DNA of 63,664 nt, counting the filler, from Chiloscyllium plagiosum (lineage: Eukaryota): assembly GCF_004010195.1 (NCBI RefSeq). It is 4 parts of one record of this genome, joined end to end, with 100 filler letters (N's around TTAATTAATTAA, not from the genome) between each part and the next. Parts side by side here need not be neighbours in the genome. Positions count along the whole stretch, not along the records: positions 61,284 to 63,664 come from NC_057712.1; 3 more parts are not named here. The stretch is one strand, 5' to 3'. Below, one piece after another: positions 63,460 through 63,664 of the stretch. Below the pieces are notes generated by a model. That model saw only the letters and a list, made by a program, of their open reading frames with translations. It searched no databases and was not told where the DNA came from. Each line of letters begins with the position of its first letter. The first letter of the stretch is position 1. Both the position numbers and the translations under genes were made by a program.

Positions 63460-63664
63460 GACTCTCTCTCTCTCTCTCTGAATAAACTCTCTCTCAGTCC
63501 CATTCTCCCCGGACCCTCTCTCTCAGTCCCAATCCCCCGGACCCTCTCTCTCTGAATAGACTCTCTCTCAGTCCCAATCCCCCGGACTCTCCCTCTCTGA
63601 ATGAGCTCTCCCTCAGTCCCAATCCCCTGGACCCTCTCTCTCTAGATAAACTCTCTCTCAGTGC
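63460..63664. repeat. CT-rich minisatellite, runs off window end
   Basis: Repeated ctctctctcagtcccaatccccggaccctctctctctgaataga-like units. Confidence 0.85.

Noticed and set aside
1..63664. Most short ORFs in the supplied track
   Set aside because: They are fragments or antisense frames of CR1, Penelope, SINE or microsatellite sequence, or have no recognisable homology

Overview
Repeat-dense vertebrate genomic DNA. The repeat families (HE1-like tRNA SINEs with (TAATC)n tails, CR1 LINEs, DeuSINE remnants) point to an elasmobranch, probably a shark (inference). The only host gene I can support is the 3' end of a phospholipase B1 (PLB1-like) gene on the minus strand. It has three GT-AG phase-0 exons (46870-46965, 41609-41683, 38128-38316) that the ORF track does not show. 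They encode the catalytic DxxH motif and a C-terminus resembling a GPI-anchor signal rather than the mammalian TM+tail. The most striking non-coding system is a set of at least 4 sub-families of short, fold-back, Penelope-derived elements. These carry minimal hammerhead-ribozyme motifs with covarying stems and often sit between 11-16 bp target-site duplications, and Penelope RT/GIY-YIG remnants are attached to the same termini. There are also local rearrangements (368-bp inverted duplication, ~400-bp direct duplication, several tandem duplications), a retroposed insert with a codon-like 21-bp repeat, nested Gypsy/Rex1/SINE insertions, and three artificial 100-bp scaffold gaps. Repeat boundaries are by eye and approximate, and no database searches were run.
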